A DNA stretch of 64,000 nt, from assembly GCA_964016885.1 (NCBI GenBank), contig OZ024749.1:38626001-38690000 (forward strand). The letters are read 5' to 3'. Under the pieces are notes generated by a model. That model made no database searches. It was not told where the DNA came from and was given only the letters and a program-made list of their open reading frames with translations. The position numbers and the translations under genes are program-made. Positions 38,294 to 52,942 of this stretch are shown one piece after another. Numbering within the stretch: the first letter of the stretch is position 1; every line of letters starts with the position of its first letter. The stretch is from Eledone cirrhosa (lineage: Eukaryota).

Positions 38294-38700
38294 CCTGTGT
38301 CAGTGTTGAACAAAAAGGTTACGTGGTTGCCTTAACACCGTATGGCATAAATTCAGGCTGTTCAGTTTGTTTACAAACGAACAAAGCGACGTTAGCGCCG
38401 CTAAACTGATACGTGCATATATGTATGTGTACCTGTATGCATATGTATGTATATATGTATATATATATATATATATGTGCATGCTACTGTACGTCTGTAT
38501 ACATATATGTATGTACGTATACATGCATACTTACATATATGTAGATACATCTACATATAGTTTGTATAATTTTGTACATAGATCTGTTGAATATGCATGC
38601 CAATTCTAACACATATATATCCTAGAAACGATCGTTAAATAATGAACTTTTTTTGTTTAATATAAGGAACTGTTTCATTGTTTTATTCATTATTTGTTTA

Positions 38701-39106
<406 letters not shown>

Positions 39107-39244
39107 ATAATAATAAAATTGAAGACTAAAATCCAGAGAGGGCTCGATAAGGAAAATATATATCAAATATATAGGTTAGTTTCAGAAGATCCCGTTAAGG
39201 GTGAAAGCAGCGATTCTTTGCTTAAACTTTAATCTGTTATTTTA

Positions 39245-39324
<80 letters not shown>

Positions 39325-39546
39325 AGATTCAGGACCCCGACAGCTGAACTCCGGCCGTTTTGACAACTCGATCAGAACTGAGTTCGGATCTAGCTGTCAG
39401 GGTCCTGAACCTTTCCATATTACCCACTCTACTACCCCAAGTATTGAGTACTCTGGTAGGTTATGGTCCACCTGGTATTTTACCATACCTTATCTGATAT
39501 ATATGTATATAATGTATATATATATATATATATATGTGTGTATATG

Positions 39547-39586
<40 letters not shown>

Positions 39587-39589
39587 ATG

Positions 39590-39981
39590 TAGGAGGTGAG
39601 TTTTATTGTAGTACAATAAAGCAATGCAGATATCGGATAAGAAGCACTCTACAGTTTGTAGGACTGGAGTATACATAATATATAAGATCAAAAGATGGTT
39701 AAAGGAGTTCCATGTATTTTATTATGCGCATTTCAAAAACAAACATCATCATGCAATAATATTTGTGTTTTCATCAGATAAAACAGGAGGACATGATATG
39801 AAGGCTAAAAAAACTTGTGGATAGTGCAGTTTTAAATCAACTATCCACAAGTGTTTTTTAGCCTTCATATCATGTCCTCCTGTTTTATCTGATGAAAACA
39901 CAAATATTATTGCATGATGATGTTTGTTTTTGAAATGCGCATAATAAAATACATGGAACTCCTTTAACCATCTTTTGATCT

Positions 39982-39990
<9 letters not shown>
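39590..39990. mobile_element. Fold-back PLE terminal fragment with two mirror-image hammerheads (39717-39783 minus, 39883-39949 plus)
   Basis: ttttat CTGATGA aaacacaaatattat tgc atgatgatgtttgttttt GAAA tgcgca TA ataaaa. Arms about 39680-39822 and 39843-39985. Tail shared with 46800-46880 and 62572-62652. Confidence 0.85.
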
Positions 39991-40016
<26 letters not shown>

Positions 40017-40984
40017 ATGAAAAATTTGAACAGGGACAGAACAGAGAGGCAGTACAATAAATGTTTATTAAATTCACGCTCAGGAGAGTGGTGGGTAGGT
40101 GGGGGACGACGTTTCAGGCATAAGCCCTTCTTCAGGTGAGAAGTGGGTGGGAACAGAGTTAAAAAGGTGTGTAGGGGAGTGGTGGAGAGACATATAGCGA
40201 AAGGAAACGGTGCGAATGAAAAATTAATTAACAAATAAAGACAAAAAATATAATAAATAAAAATAAAGCATGATCAAAATACAAGGAATGAGAAAATTTA
40301 AAAATAAAGGCATGATCAAAATAAACTGAAATTAAAAGGGGGGTAAACAGGTGGTGGAAGGGTGTGGGGTGAGTAGGGGTGGTGGCGGGTGGAGTGGGGA
40401 GAGGGAGACGGGGTGTCCGAGCGGGGAGGGCTGAAGGTGGTGTGTGTGGTTAGGTGTGCGTGTGTGTGTGTGTGTGTGTATGTGAAAGTGAGGGTTGGGG
40501 GAAGAACGGGGTTGCATGTTCAGGAAGAGGTGTGTGTGGGGGGTGTTTTTGTGGGTCGGAGTGTCTGTGCGTGTGTGGATAGGGGGTGGGGGGAGAGGAA
40601 TCAGGAGGCTGAGGGTGTAAATATGTGGTGGGAAGTACGTGTGTGTGGTTTAAGCGTGTTGTGGGTGTGGGTGACGTGTGGAGAAAAAAAATGTTTGGGG
40701 GGTGTGTGTGGGTGAGTTATATAGGTGATGGCGTAAGAGGATGGTTGAAAAGTTGGTAAGTTCCACGGATGTTTGGAGATTTGGTTAGAAGTCAATTTCG
40801 CGTGTGGGTAATCCAAGAAGCGGTGGTCGGAAGAGGAGAGATGTGGGGTGCGCGCGCAACAGGAAGTGGTCAGCAGTGGGAGTGCTGTGGTCAGTTGGTG
40901 CTGAGAGGTGGTCGGAAGGGCATAGCAGCAGTCGGTGGAATGGTAGGGAGGCGAGGATGGGTAGGTGTGAGAGTTGGAGTGAGG

Positions 40985-41039
<55 letters not shown>

Positions 41040-41795
41040 TAGTAGGGGTGTTAGTGGGATGAGTGAGTGTGGAGCGGGGGTGTGGGTGGAGCGGGGAGAG
41101 AAGGGTGTGTGTGGTTCTATGGAGGGAGTGTGGTGTACTGGTGTGTGTGTAGTTTGGTGAAGAGGTGTTAGTGGGTGTTAGTATACGGGAGGTGGGGAGG
41201 GGTGGAAAGCAGGTGTGAGTGGGGGTTAGTGGTGGTAGGGTGTGTAGAGTTGGTGGTGTACGAGGGTGTGTGGGTACGTGTGCGTGGGGTTGGGGGTGTT
41301 AGTGATGTTAGTTGCGTGTGGGGTGGGTGGTGTAAGTGGGTGCGTGTGTGCGTGTGATAAGGAGGGGGAGGAGGAGAAGAGGGGAGGGAAGGGATGTTAG
41401 TATGTTAGTTGGGGAAGGGTGGTCAGATGAGGGGTGGAGTGGAGGTGTTAGTATTGTTAGTGTGGGGTAGGCGGTGAAAAGGAGGGTGTGTTAGTGGTGT
41501 TAGTGGGGGATAAGTGTTGGGGGAGGGGGCGGTCGAACGCTAAAGGAATAAGGGTGGGGAGTTCAGGCCGGGGGGAGTGTGGGTCTGTAAGATGAAGATA
41601 GTGCGTTGTTCGACCGTAAGGCGATGGGCGGGTGTTCCGTGGCACTGGAGTAGGCCACAGACTGTGAGATGGCGTGCGGAGTGTCCAGGGCCACCAAAGT
41701 GGCGGGCGATGGGGGAACTGCCCCCGAGACGAATATCCCGGAGGTGCTCCGTGACTCGGTCCGCCAGGCGACGTCCCGTCTGTGCGACATAAGTC
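40017..41795 (-). mobile_element. PLE 3' fragment: GIY-YIG end, long C/A-rich 3' region and terminal hammerhead
   Basis: 41540-41795: YVAQTGRRLADRVTEHLRDIR...IARHF...H...E...IF.LQT..P.GLN (Neptune-like GIY-YIG end). HHR CTGAAGAagggcttatgcctGAAACGTC at about 40108-40135, then AATAAA and (TA)n. A related terminus lies at about 28382-28495. Confidence 0.85.
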
Positions 41796-42273
41796 CGTAG
41801 ATATATATATAAATTTAGCGAGAATCGCATTTCGGCGAGTAGAAATTAACGAAACGCAACTTCCATATTGTGCAGACAAGCGCTCCATGGATATGAAGAA
41901 GATACCAGAGCTATAAACATAAGTTAAAATGGCCATACACGCTGAGACGATGGTTAAGAAGCCATTAAACACCATAGCCAAAAAAGCGAACAAGCTAAAC
42001 GAGTCAAACAAAATGAGATATGATTGAAATAGTTACCCGGACCCTCGGGGAAGATGGAATACTCCGAAAATGAGTTTCTGCAACACCTAAATCAATAATA
42101 CTGTCTGCTTATAAAAAATAAATATATATATATATATATAGCCTAAGAGTTTAGCTTTAAACTATCTCTGTTATTGTATTAAATTATATATATATATATA
42201 TATATTTATAAAAAAATAAATATATATTATTTAAGGGTATGTCAATATTTGTTTATAAAACTGATCTATATTA

Positions 42274-42338
42274 TATTTTATCTGATGAAAGCGCACCATA
42301 ATTTGCTTTGGTGTCCTTGAAATATGTATAATGAAATA
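42274..42338 (+). ncRNA. Type I hammerhead ribozyme in a (TA)n-flanked fragment
   Basis: tattttat CTGATGA aagcgcacca taatttgctt tggtgtcctt GAAA tatgta TA atgaaata; 8-bp stem I. Confidence 0.72.
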
Positions 42339-42376
42339 AATATGGTTTTATAAATATAGTTTCCATTTGTTAATAT

Positions 42377-42443
<67 letters not shown>

Positions 42444-42551
42444 AGGTTAAAGCGAAACCGCCGGTAATAGCATTGCGAACAGGTAGATATTTAAATCATT
42501 TTTTTATTTATTTAAAGGATTGTTTAATGTTTGTTTGTTCTGCTCATCTCA

Positions 42552-42603
<52 letters not shown>

Positions 42604-43142
42604 ACGTTTGTAGTTGCTGTTGTTGTTACTGTACTTGTCTTTACAGAAGACATTCTCTGATATAAAGATAAAGGAACGCCGTTTTTTTTTAACGGTCGTC
42701 TGCAAAGAAAAGTTCAGCTGACATTTTCTTTCTCCTCTGCTTCAGTAGCTGTTTGTTACTTAGACATACACAGTCACTGAGACGCACACAGTGACTTAAA
42801 TACAGACACACCATTGCTGTCGTTATACTTTACATGTGTGAATGTGTGTGTGAGGGGGAAGGGTATGCCGTGTGGTGTTGGTCGATGTTTGTGTGTGTGT
42901 GTTTGTGTGTTTGAGCGTAGTGTGCGGTGTGGGGCTGTGTGTGGGTATGTGTGTGTGTGCGCGCGTGTTGTATGTGTGTTTGGTGTGTGTGTGCGTGTGT
43001 GTGTTGTATGTGTGTGTGTGTGAGATAGATAAGTAGCAGTTTGTTACTGAGAGACACGATTACCGTTGGTATATTCCTGAAACACACACATGCATACATA
43101 CATACGTATGTGTGTATGTATGCACATATGTGTGTATATGAG

Positions 43143-43231
<89 letters not shown>

Positions 43232-43367
43232 CGCGTGTGCGTTTATGTATATGTAAATATATATATGTATGTGAGTGTATTATGTATGGATATGTTTGTG
43301 TGAAGGTATATATATGTGTGTATATATATATATATGTATATACATACATATATGTCTGTGTTTACAT

Positions 43368-43452
<85 letters not shown>

Positions 43453-44498
43453 CAGATAACAACTGGGTCACACTAAACTTTATATGCTGTAACAGAATTA
43501 CTATAGCAGTAGTTTATATTATATACACTCCACTCTACCCACATACTGTTGTTGGTATTATTTCCGTTTACATTCATACATACATACATACATACATACA
43601 TACATACATACATACATACATACATACATACATACATGTTGGCTGCCAACTCGTTTTCGAGTACGGCCACTACTTTATATCCATGTAGGAGAACCCCTAC
43701 TGATGCGCTGAACGAGTGTGACTTTTTAGTCCAGCCAGCGACTTGAAAACTCTGGTACAAACACTACACTTGTGACAATTATTGACACATAGTGCTGGGC
43801 CCATGGTACCATGTGACGACAAGTGCAGAGAGATCTCCAGATACAAAGCAATGCCTGTGCTGTGAAGCTTTTATAGTGAGCAAAGGCACTGCACAAAGCC
43901 AGTCCCACTCTCTTAACCAAGATGATATTTACCAAAAAGAAGAACAAGTCAACATCATTGGATACCATCAGGGTTGCAGGTGTTATATCAGAGTTTTCCT
44001 TCTCCTAGAATTCTGCCTTGACAAAGGCTAAGGGGTCATCTCTCCCGGTGATTTTGGATGGCCATTGACTCTTAAGAGCTCCTTTGCCCTTTGACAGGTT
44101 TTGTTTTTAGGATGTCCAAAGTCACCCTCCTCACCAAGAAACCTTGGTGGGGTTGCCAGTTTAGTCGCCAACGACCCGACCATGAGACAGGTTGTACTGG
44201 GATACATGTTACCAGTAGCACCAACTGGTGACCTGACATATATATATACATACATATATACATACATACATATACATACACATATACATACATACATACA
44301 TGCATACATACACACATACACACATACACATATACATATACATACATACACATACATACATATATATACATACATATACATACATATACATATACATACA
44401 TATACACATACATACACATACATATACATACATATACATATACATACATACATACATACATACATATACATACACATACATATACATACATATACATA

Positions 44499-44530
<32 letters not shown>

Positions 44531-44648
44531 CACATACATATACATATACATACACATATACATACATACATACACATATACATACATATACATATACATA
44601 CATATATATATATACATACACATATATATATTATATACACATACACAT

Positions 44649-44712
<64 letters not shown>

Positions 44713-45127
44713 ATACACATACACATACACATACATATACATATACATATACATATACACATACATATATATATATACGCATACACACATATACACACAT
44801 ATACATATATACACACATACACATACATATATATATATATATATATACATGTAGCAAAGTATCTTTCTTTGTTTATTCATTATTTTTTTAATAATTTACA
44901 TATATATACATATATATATATACATATACACATACATACACATATACACACATATATACACATACATACATACATACATACATACATACATACATACATA
45001 CATACATACATACATACATACATACATACATACATACATACATTCATACATACATACATACATACATACATACATACATACATTCATACATACATACATA
45101 CATACATACATACATTCATACATACAT

Positions 45128-45502
45128 GTTGTGGAGATCAGCTGCCCACTTGATGTAAACGTTGTCAGAAAAATACAGGAGAAGGAGGACATCTACGGAC
45201 CATTGATGAGGAGTTTACAAATCCAGTATCCAAGATACACCTTTAGCTTCATACCCATCATTATTGGAGCTACGGGTTATATACCAACCCGCTTGGACCA
45301 AAGTATGACCGAACTTGGATTTGCGGACAAAAAGCGCAGCTCCCTAATTCATAGTCTACAAATGGCTGCGATAGCTGGCACCTTCAAAATTTGCAGAACA
45401 TTCTTGCGATTCAAGGGATGACAATTTCTTTTCTTTTACAACCTTGCCACCAGGAAGGTGGCCGGTCAAAAAAATATACTCAAAATTAAGAGAAAGAGAA
45501 AA
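45128..45502 (+). mobile_element. R4/Dong-like RLE non-LTR retrotransposon 3' end inserted in (CATA)n
   Basis: VEISCP.D.NV..K..EK..IY.PL...PIIIGATG.IP...LQ..AI.GT.KI.R.FL, then a stop and a short UTR. Both flanks are (CATA)n. Confidence 0.8.
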
Positions 45503-45580
45503 CATACATACATACATACATACATACATACATACATACATACATACATTCATACATACATACATACATACATACATACA

Positions 45581-45613
<33 letters not shown>

Positions 45614-45689
45614 TCAACCACCACCACGATCACCATGTCCTCCACCACCACCACCACCACCACCACCACCACCACCACCACCACCACCA

Positions 45690-45990
45690 CCAGGTGGTAC
45701 CCATGTAGGCGCAAGCAGACTCAGACGCCGTCTCGACCCTCATACACTTCATCCGACGAATCATCCTGGATGTGACAATTGTGTGGACGAGACACTTATG
45801 ACTCAAACTGAACCTGATTGATGCGCTTCCAGCCCTCTTCCTGCACCACTATGCCGAATATTTTGTATACCTTTCCTAGTGTCTTTTGTTATAGTCACGT
45901 ACCTTATCTGCCAGCATCCGGTGTGGTGTAGAAAAGATATCAGATGTCTCGTTCGATGACATCGGATGGCAACAAGCCAGCTTATCTTTC
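45690..45990 (+). mobile_element. Degenerate CRE-like RT-region fragment
   Basis: IRCGVEKISDVSFDDIGWQQASL resembles the W.QA.LP segment of CRE-type ORFs. It is disrupted. Confidence 0.4.
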
Positions 45991-46224
45991 TAACACGGTG
46001 ACTAAGAAATGATACTGGTCTCCAGTATCATTTCTTTCACTGGTGACCTTCCATTGTTCTTTCATCGACAAACTTCGGCCAGTCTTGTGCAGCTGTTTGA
46101 CCAGCTAAATATATTTATCTTGTTAAACCGAAACTTGGCAGTTAATGACAATTTGCGCAGTGTTATGGGCAAGCGTCCTTCACCTGTTAACTAATGACTG
46201 CTGACGGAAATTCAGTTGGCGGAA

Positions 46225-46801
<577 letters not shown>

Positions 46802-46973
46802 AGGAGGTGAGTTTTATTGTAGCACAATAAAACAATGCAAATATCGGATAAGTAGCACTCTACAGTTTATAGGACTGGAGTATAAATAATATAAAATCAA
46901 AAGATGGTTAATATGTTGATTTAACACTTCACTGCTCGCAAGTGTTTTTTAAGCTTCATATCATGTCTCCCTA

Positions 46974-47041
46974 TTTTATCTGATGAGGACGCAAATATCA
47001 TCTCATGATGATATTTGTTTTTTGAAATGCGCATAATAAAA
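46974..47041 (+). ncRNA. Type I hammerhead, diverged paralog of 39883-39949
   Basis: ttttat CTGATGA ggacgcaaatatcat ctc atgatgatatttgtttttt GAAA tgcgca TA ataaaa. Confidence 0.8.
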
Positions 47042-47408
47042 TACATGGAACTCTTTTAACCATCTTTTAATTTTATATATATATATGTATATATGTATAT
47101 ATTTACATACATACATTCAAATATATACATACACACACACGCACACACACACACACACACATATATTATTATATATATAATTACATACATATATAATTAC
47201 ATACATATAATTACATACATATAATTACATACATATAAATATTTGTAGGTATGTATGTAAATATATATATGTGTGTGTGTTGTGTGTATGTGTGTTGTGT
47301 GTATTTGTGTATGTGTGTATGTGTGTATGCCTTTGTGCGCGCGCGAGTATATGTGTGTGTGTGTCTGATCTGGTCAATGACCGCGACAAGAAGCTTGTCA
47401 ATGCCAGA

Positions 47409-47454
<46 letters not shown>

Positions 47455-48065
47455 ACACAGAAACACACACACACACACATACAGACACACACACAGACAC
47501 ACCCATGCAGACACACACAGACAGACACACACAGACACACACAGACGCACACACAGACACACACACACTGACACACACACACTGACACACACACAGACAC
47601 ACACACACACACACACACACATACAGACACACACACAAACACACATATATCCACACATTCTTATGCATACCAAGGTAAACAACAACAATATATGCACCAC
47701 TGTGACAACTATGCGTGAAATAATATTTAGAATAGAAACTTTCTATTTACAAAATGGATTCACTGTTGAAAACTGGTTGGATGAACAATCTCACACACAC
47801 ATATATACGTATATATATATATATATATACATGTAAAGTTATATTTAAAATTGTTGGGTTACAACTAGTAAATATTTATAACTGATATAAAAGCACTCGA
47901 CAAATATTTGGAGTATATTTGGACAAATATTTGGAGTATATTTCCCTCTTTTCTTTCTCTCTTTATTTCTCTCTGTATTTTCACTGCTAGCGTAAACCTC
48001 TTCAAATGAAGTTGATGTTTATTACGGTATGTCGAATATATTTATCTATAAAACTGTTTATATTG

Positions 48066-48131
48066 TATTTTGTCTGATGAAGGCATAGCATATTGTTAAT
48101 ATGATATCCCCGAAATATATATAATGAAATA
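48066..48131 (+). ncRNA. Type I hammerhead, diverged paralog of 42274-42338
   Basis: tattttgt CTGATGA aggcatagcatatt gtt aatatgatatcccc GAAA tatata TA atgaaata. Confidence 0.68.
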
Positions 48132-48169
48132 AATATGGTTTTATAAATATAGTTTTCCATTTATTTAAT

Positions 48170-48208
<39 letters not shown>

Positions 48209-48830
48209 AATGAATAATAACAGGTAGACATCATAAAAAGGTAGTTTATTCCGTGTGCTTACAAGTGTTTCCACGGTGGTGCTGCAGCCTAGTTCTATAT
48301 ATATATAAATTAATAAAAACAATGAATAAAAACAAAGAAACAGTTCCTCATATTAAAAAATTCATCATTTTACGATCGTTTCTAGGATATATATGTGTGT
48401 GTTGGTATGTATATCATATAGATCTATGTAAAAATGTTACAAACTATCAGAGGAAATATACATACCTACACATATATGCTGTCTTCAGAAATAATATATA
48501 TATGTATATATATGTATATATATGTATATATATGTATATACGTATATATATATATATATATAGGAACGAGTAGGACCCCGACGGCTGAGCTCAAGCCGTT
48601 TCGACGGCTAATTCTGGACTAAAAAAAAAAATTATTTTTTTTTAGTCCAGAATTAGCCGTCGAAACGGCTTGAGCTCAGCCGTCGGGGTCCTACTCGTTC
48701 CTATTACCAACTCTACTACTCTAAGTATTGAGTACTTTGGTGCGTTATGGTCCACCTGGTTCCTTACCACATTTCCTTTGTTATATATATATATATATAT
48801 ATATACGTATATATATATATATATTATTAT

Positions 48831-48866
<36 letters not shown>

Positions 48867-48934
48867 ATAATATATGTGAAGACGAAAATCCGAAGAGGGC
48901 TCGATAAGGATTATATATATATATATATATATAT

Positions 48935-49370
48935 AAAATAAAGTTAAATAAAAGTCAAATGATTAAAATTTAGCTTCGTTTATTACTGCTATATATATTT
49001 CAGTGACAGCCATCTTTGGCTGTGACCTCTTCAGGCAGTTTGAATTAGTATGGTATAGACAAGTACATATGTTGTTTAGGTGTATGATATTGTCAATACT
49101 CTGATATGCCCAGTTCCTTGCTGGGTTGTTAATTCACTGGGGAACTGGAGTCATACTAATTCAAACTGCCTGAAGAGGTCACAGCCAAAGATGGCTGTCA
49201 CTGAAATATATATAGCAGTAATAAACGAAGCTAAATTTTAATCATTTGACTTTTATTTAACTTTATTTTACACTACTCCGGAGTAACCAAACCAACCTGC
49301 GCACTTCGTCGAGTGCTCCAGCCTGCATACTGAGGTGTTGGTATACAACCAACATAAACTCAAAATCTAT
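48935..49370. mobile_element. Fold-back PLE terminal fragment with mirror hammerheads (48985-49039 minus, 49165-49219 plus)
   Basis: actgc CTGAAGA ggtcacagcc aaagat ggctgtcact GAAA tatata TA gcagt. Identical ~117-bp arms, ~100-bp spacer, tail and (TA)n flanks. Confidence 0.85.
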
Positions 49371-50099
49371 ATATATATATATATATATATAAATGTATAT
49401 AAAAATATAAAAACCCGTAGAGAAAATATTTATTAAAATAAATAACAGATTAAAGTTTAAGCACCGATTCTTTGCTTAAACTTTAATCTGTTATATATAT
49501 ATATATATATATAATAAATTTGAAGGCTAAAATCCAAAGAGGGCTCGATAAGGATAAATATATATCAAATATATAAGAACCGTAGAGCAAATATTTAGTT
49601 AGGGGTGGCGGATGGGCAGTATCGGTAGAGCGTCGGATACCATGCTTTGCAGCACAGAGTTATGGCCCTTTATGATCTGAGTTCAAATCCCGTCGAGGTT
49701 AGCTTTATCTTTCATCCTTACTTGGTCGATAAAATAAAATACCAGTCACGCACTGGTGTCGATTTAATCGACTTTCTCTTCCCCTACCCCCAAAATTATT
49801 AGTATTTTTTTTTTTTTTTAACCAGTAATTTACGGGACATGCACACAGATATTTCAGTGATAAGACATTAGCCAAGCCAAGGTTGTAGTAGAAAACACTT
49901 GCTCGAAATCACGTGGATTTCGAAGCGAACTCCTTATCCACACAGCTATGCCTGTGCAGAGGAAGAAAATTTTGTGACGTTTAGAACAAGTTTTACTCTA
50001 TAAATAAGTCTCTGCTATTGTATTGCCAAAACAGAGTTACCTACCAGCATGTTTCAATTCTGTCTTCATTCACACACGCACATATGTGTGTGTGTGTGT

Positions 50100-50140
<41 letters not shown>

Positions 50141-50231
50141 GCGTGTGTGTGTGTGCGTGTGCGTGTGTGTGTGTGTGTGCGTGTGCGTGTGTGCGTGTGT
50201 GCGTGTGTGCGTGGGGGGGGGGGGGGGGTAT

Positions 50232-50263
<32 letters not shown>

Positions 50264-51680
50264 AGGTTCAAGCTTGGCTTTGTTAAGGTGTTCCCTTAGC
50301 AGCCATGTGGTTTCGGTTGCACTCCCATGGTGGGGAATTTTGAACAAGTGTCTTCTACTACAGCCTCGGGTTGACCAATGGACCCTGGACTAGATGTGGC
50401 CCAATTCTGCAACGTACTTCGCCCATATGGAAATCCCGTAATGATTATAATTATCACTAACGGAATCGAATCGCCGTTAGAGAGAGAGGGTAACCTTGTT
50501 TGGTTATATCTACCTTCACAAGTTCTGAATATTTGGGAGGTCTGACGGCAATGAAACAAACTAGAATTAGCACCGTGATGAGAGAATGGAAACTTCCCAC
50601 GTTGTTGTTGTGTTTACTTGTTTAACGCAGACTGAAAAACATCAAACAAGACAGAGCTAAAGAAAAGAAAAAACCTCGAAATATAAATAGGTAGCAATAA
50701 TTGTAAAGACAAATTAATTCTAAGTCTTGGTACTTTTCCTACAAACAAGCAACTGCTGGAATAAAAGAAATAAAGAAGAAAAAAAAAAGAATCTGTGATA
50801 TGATATCTTAATCTATGCAGTTCGGTTCCTTCCGTGTGTTCAGTCGAATTAGAAGCGAAAAACAGAAAACGTCGAAGAGAAATAAAGACAAATAAAAGTT
50901 AGAAAAGTGATAAAGAAGGAACTTCAAAACGGAGGTTTATAAATGTGAAGATATCAACAGAAGATAAGAAAATATGGGAGGATGTGATGAATAATACAAT
51001 GATAGACTTTAGTGCCGGATTTAATGGTTGGGTGGTGGATCAAAGGGGTGCCCCACCAACGACAGTTGTAGCAATTTATTTATGCCCTCGGTTGAGCTTT
51101 TTGCTTTAAGGATGGTTAGAATTTTTGAATTTAATATCTGTATTTATAACTTTTCAATTCCAATTACTTGCGCAAAGCTAACTTTGATACGTAAAATTGG
51201 GGGAGGGGGTGCTGTCTATTCTAATTTTTTGTGTACGAAGCCCCTCTCACCTCCCAAACCTGAAGTATGTCAGAAACGAGAGAAATTGTAGGGGCTGTAG
51301 CTGTGTCTGAAACGGGAGAAAAGGTAGTTCGTATTGGGTCGTCAAGTATGAAATTTGTAGAAATTTTTTTGGTTTTTTTTCCTATAAATTTCTACAAATT
51401 TCATACTTGATGATCCCATTGTTATGTGTGACAGTGGACAGTGGTAAGTACTAGTTAATATCTGATATTAGAAGGATGATAGAGGCTGTAGTTATGTCTG
51501 AAACGGGAGAAATTGTAGGGGCTTTTAAAATTAAGAGAAAATAATAACTAGAGCTCGTTATATTACTTGTAATTATATAATGTGTAAAGAATTCCATAAA
51601 CCTAAATAAAGACATCTGTTAATGACTGGACATTAAATACATAGTAAGAATAACATGATGACACTGGTTGTAAGATATAT

Positions 51681-51867
51681 AATTGTTTCTACTTTTGGCA
51701 CAAGGCCAGCAATTACCCAGTGTATTACTGGTACTTTATTTTATCGACCCTGTAAGGATGAAAGGCAAAGTTAACCTCGGCAGGATTTGAACTCAGAATG
51801 GAAAGGGCCGTAACTCTTTGCGTCAAAGCATGGCGTCCGACCCTCTACCAATACTGCCAATCCACCG
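51681..51867 (-). mobile_element. SINE family 1 copy
   Basis: Family consensus, flanked by an apparent direct repeat gttgtaagatatataat that looks like a TSD. Confidence 0.85.
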
Positions 51868-52942
51868 TTGTAAGATATATAATGTATACAGCAGAGAGTT
51901 GGACAAATACCGCAAGATATCTCGTTGGATTCTCTAATAAATCGTCAATTCACCATCCTGGACTGATACATTATTTTATCGATCCCTTAGATCAGCCATG
52001 GGAAACCTTTTTCGAGAAGCGGACCGCACGAGCATTAACTCATCGTCAGGCGGGCCGAAAGCGCTAATTTACATTCATGCCCACATTAAGAAAAGAGGGC
52101 AGTAACTTAGGTTGTTTTGATTTGTTTCTTCAGAATTTGTACCCGTTGTTTTCCTCGGTCGTAAAAATGATAGAAAGATAAATTACGACTGAAAAGTTGG
52201 AGTAAAAAAAATCAGAAAGATTTCACTTGGGTGACTGAGGCGAGCCATTCAGAAAGCTTCACGGACCGCAAGTTGCCCATGACTGCCTTAGACAGATGGT
52301 TTCCAACGTTTTCCTGATGAAGGACCCTTTTATTCAAATGTCTTTTCCCAAATGTCTTTTCCATCATCATCTACACCCGCTACAATTATATTTCTCCCAG
52401 ATCGCTATACAATGAGAACAACAATGAAAAGAATGCAAAGTTTACTAGTATACTTAGCGAAGAATGGATACCGAATAATGAGTGTATATTATGTTTTATA
52501 ACAAAGTACTTGAAATTGTTGTACAGTGAGAATAAGAAACCAAAGAGGGAAATGTTTATTCTTAGGTAAGAATATATACTCTGCAGTGTGTATATATATT
52601 ATGTTTATAACACGGTAACTATCTCATAAACCCTCAGTACTGCTTTTGAGGTTCCTCAAGGCTCCGCAGACGACAGGTTGGGAACTATTAACTAAGGTAG
52701 AATTTCAACTTTGAGAGTATAGACCCGCTAGAAATACTTCAAAGCATTTCATCCTACCCTCTAACGATTCTGTCAATTCACTGAACATTGAGTAAGTTTC
52801 TCATTGAGATTTTCCCATTGAGAAACGTAACCTTGATAAACGTGAGCATTAGCTTTCTACATAAATCTATTTAACACAAGCTCCTAAATTAGTAAAAACG
52901 TTTGGAGTTAATTTTACTTTATCAGAGCATGCTATGATAAAT

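Larger units (their letters stand above)
34419..38536 (-). mobile_element. Retrozyme-like array: 7 full and one partial 468-bp units plus an inverted terminal copy, one hammerhead per unit
   Basis: Units start at 34419, 34887, 35355, 35823, 36291, 36759, 37227 and 37695 (the last ends at about 38075). A 15-bp stutter occupies 38059-38117 and the inverted copy 38116-38536. No credible ORF. A hammerhead lies in each unit. Confidence 0.85.

Noticed and set aside
34435-38524. Repeated 60-aa and 74-aa ORFs in the 468-bp array
   Set aside because: They are short, run through a microsatellite-like segment, lie antisense to the ribozyme and have no recognisable motifs.
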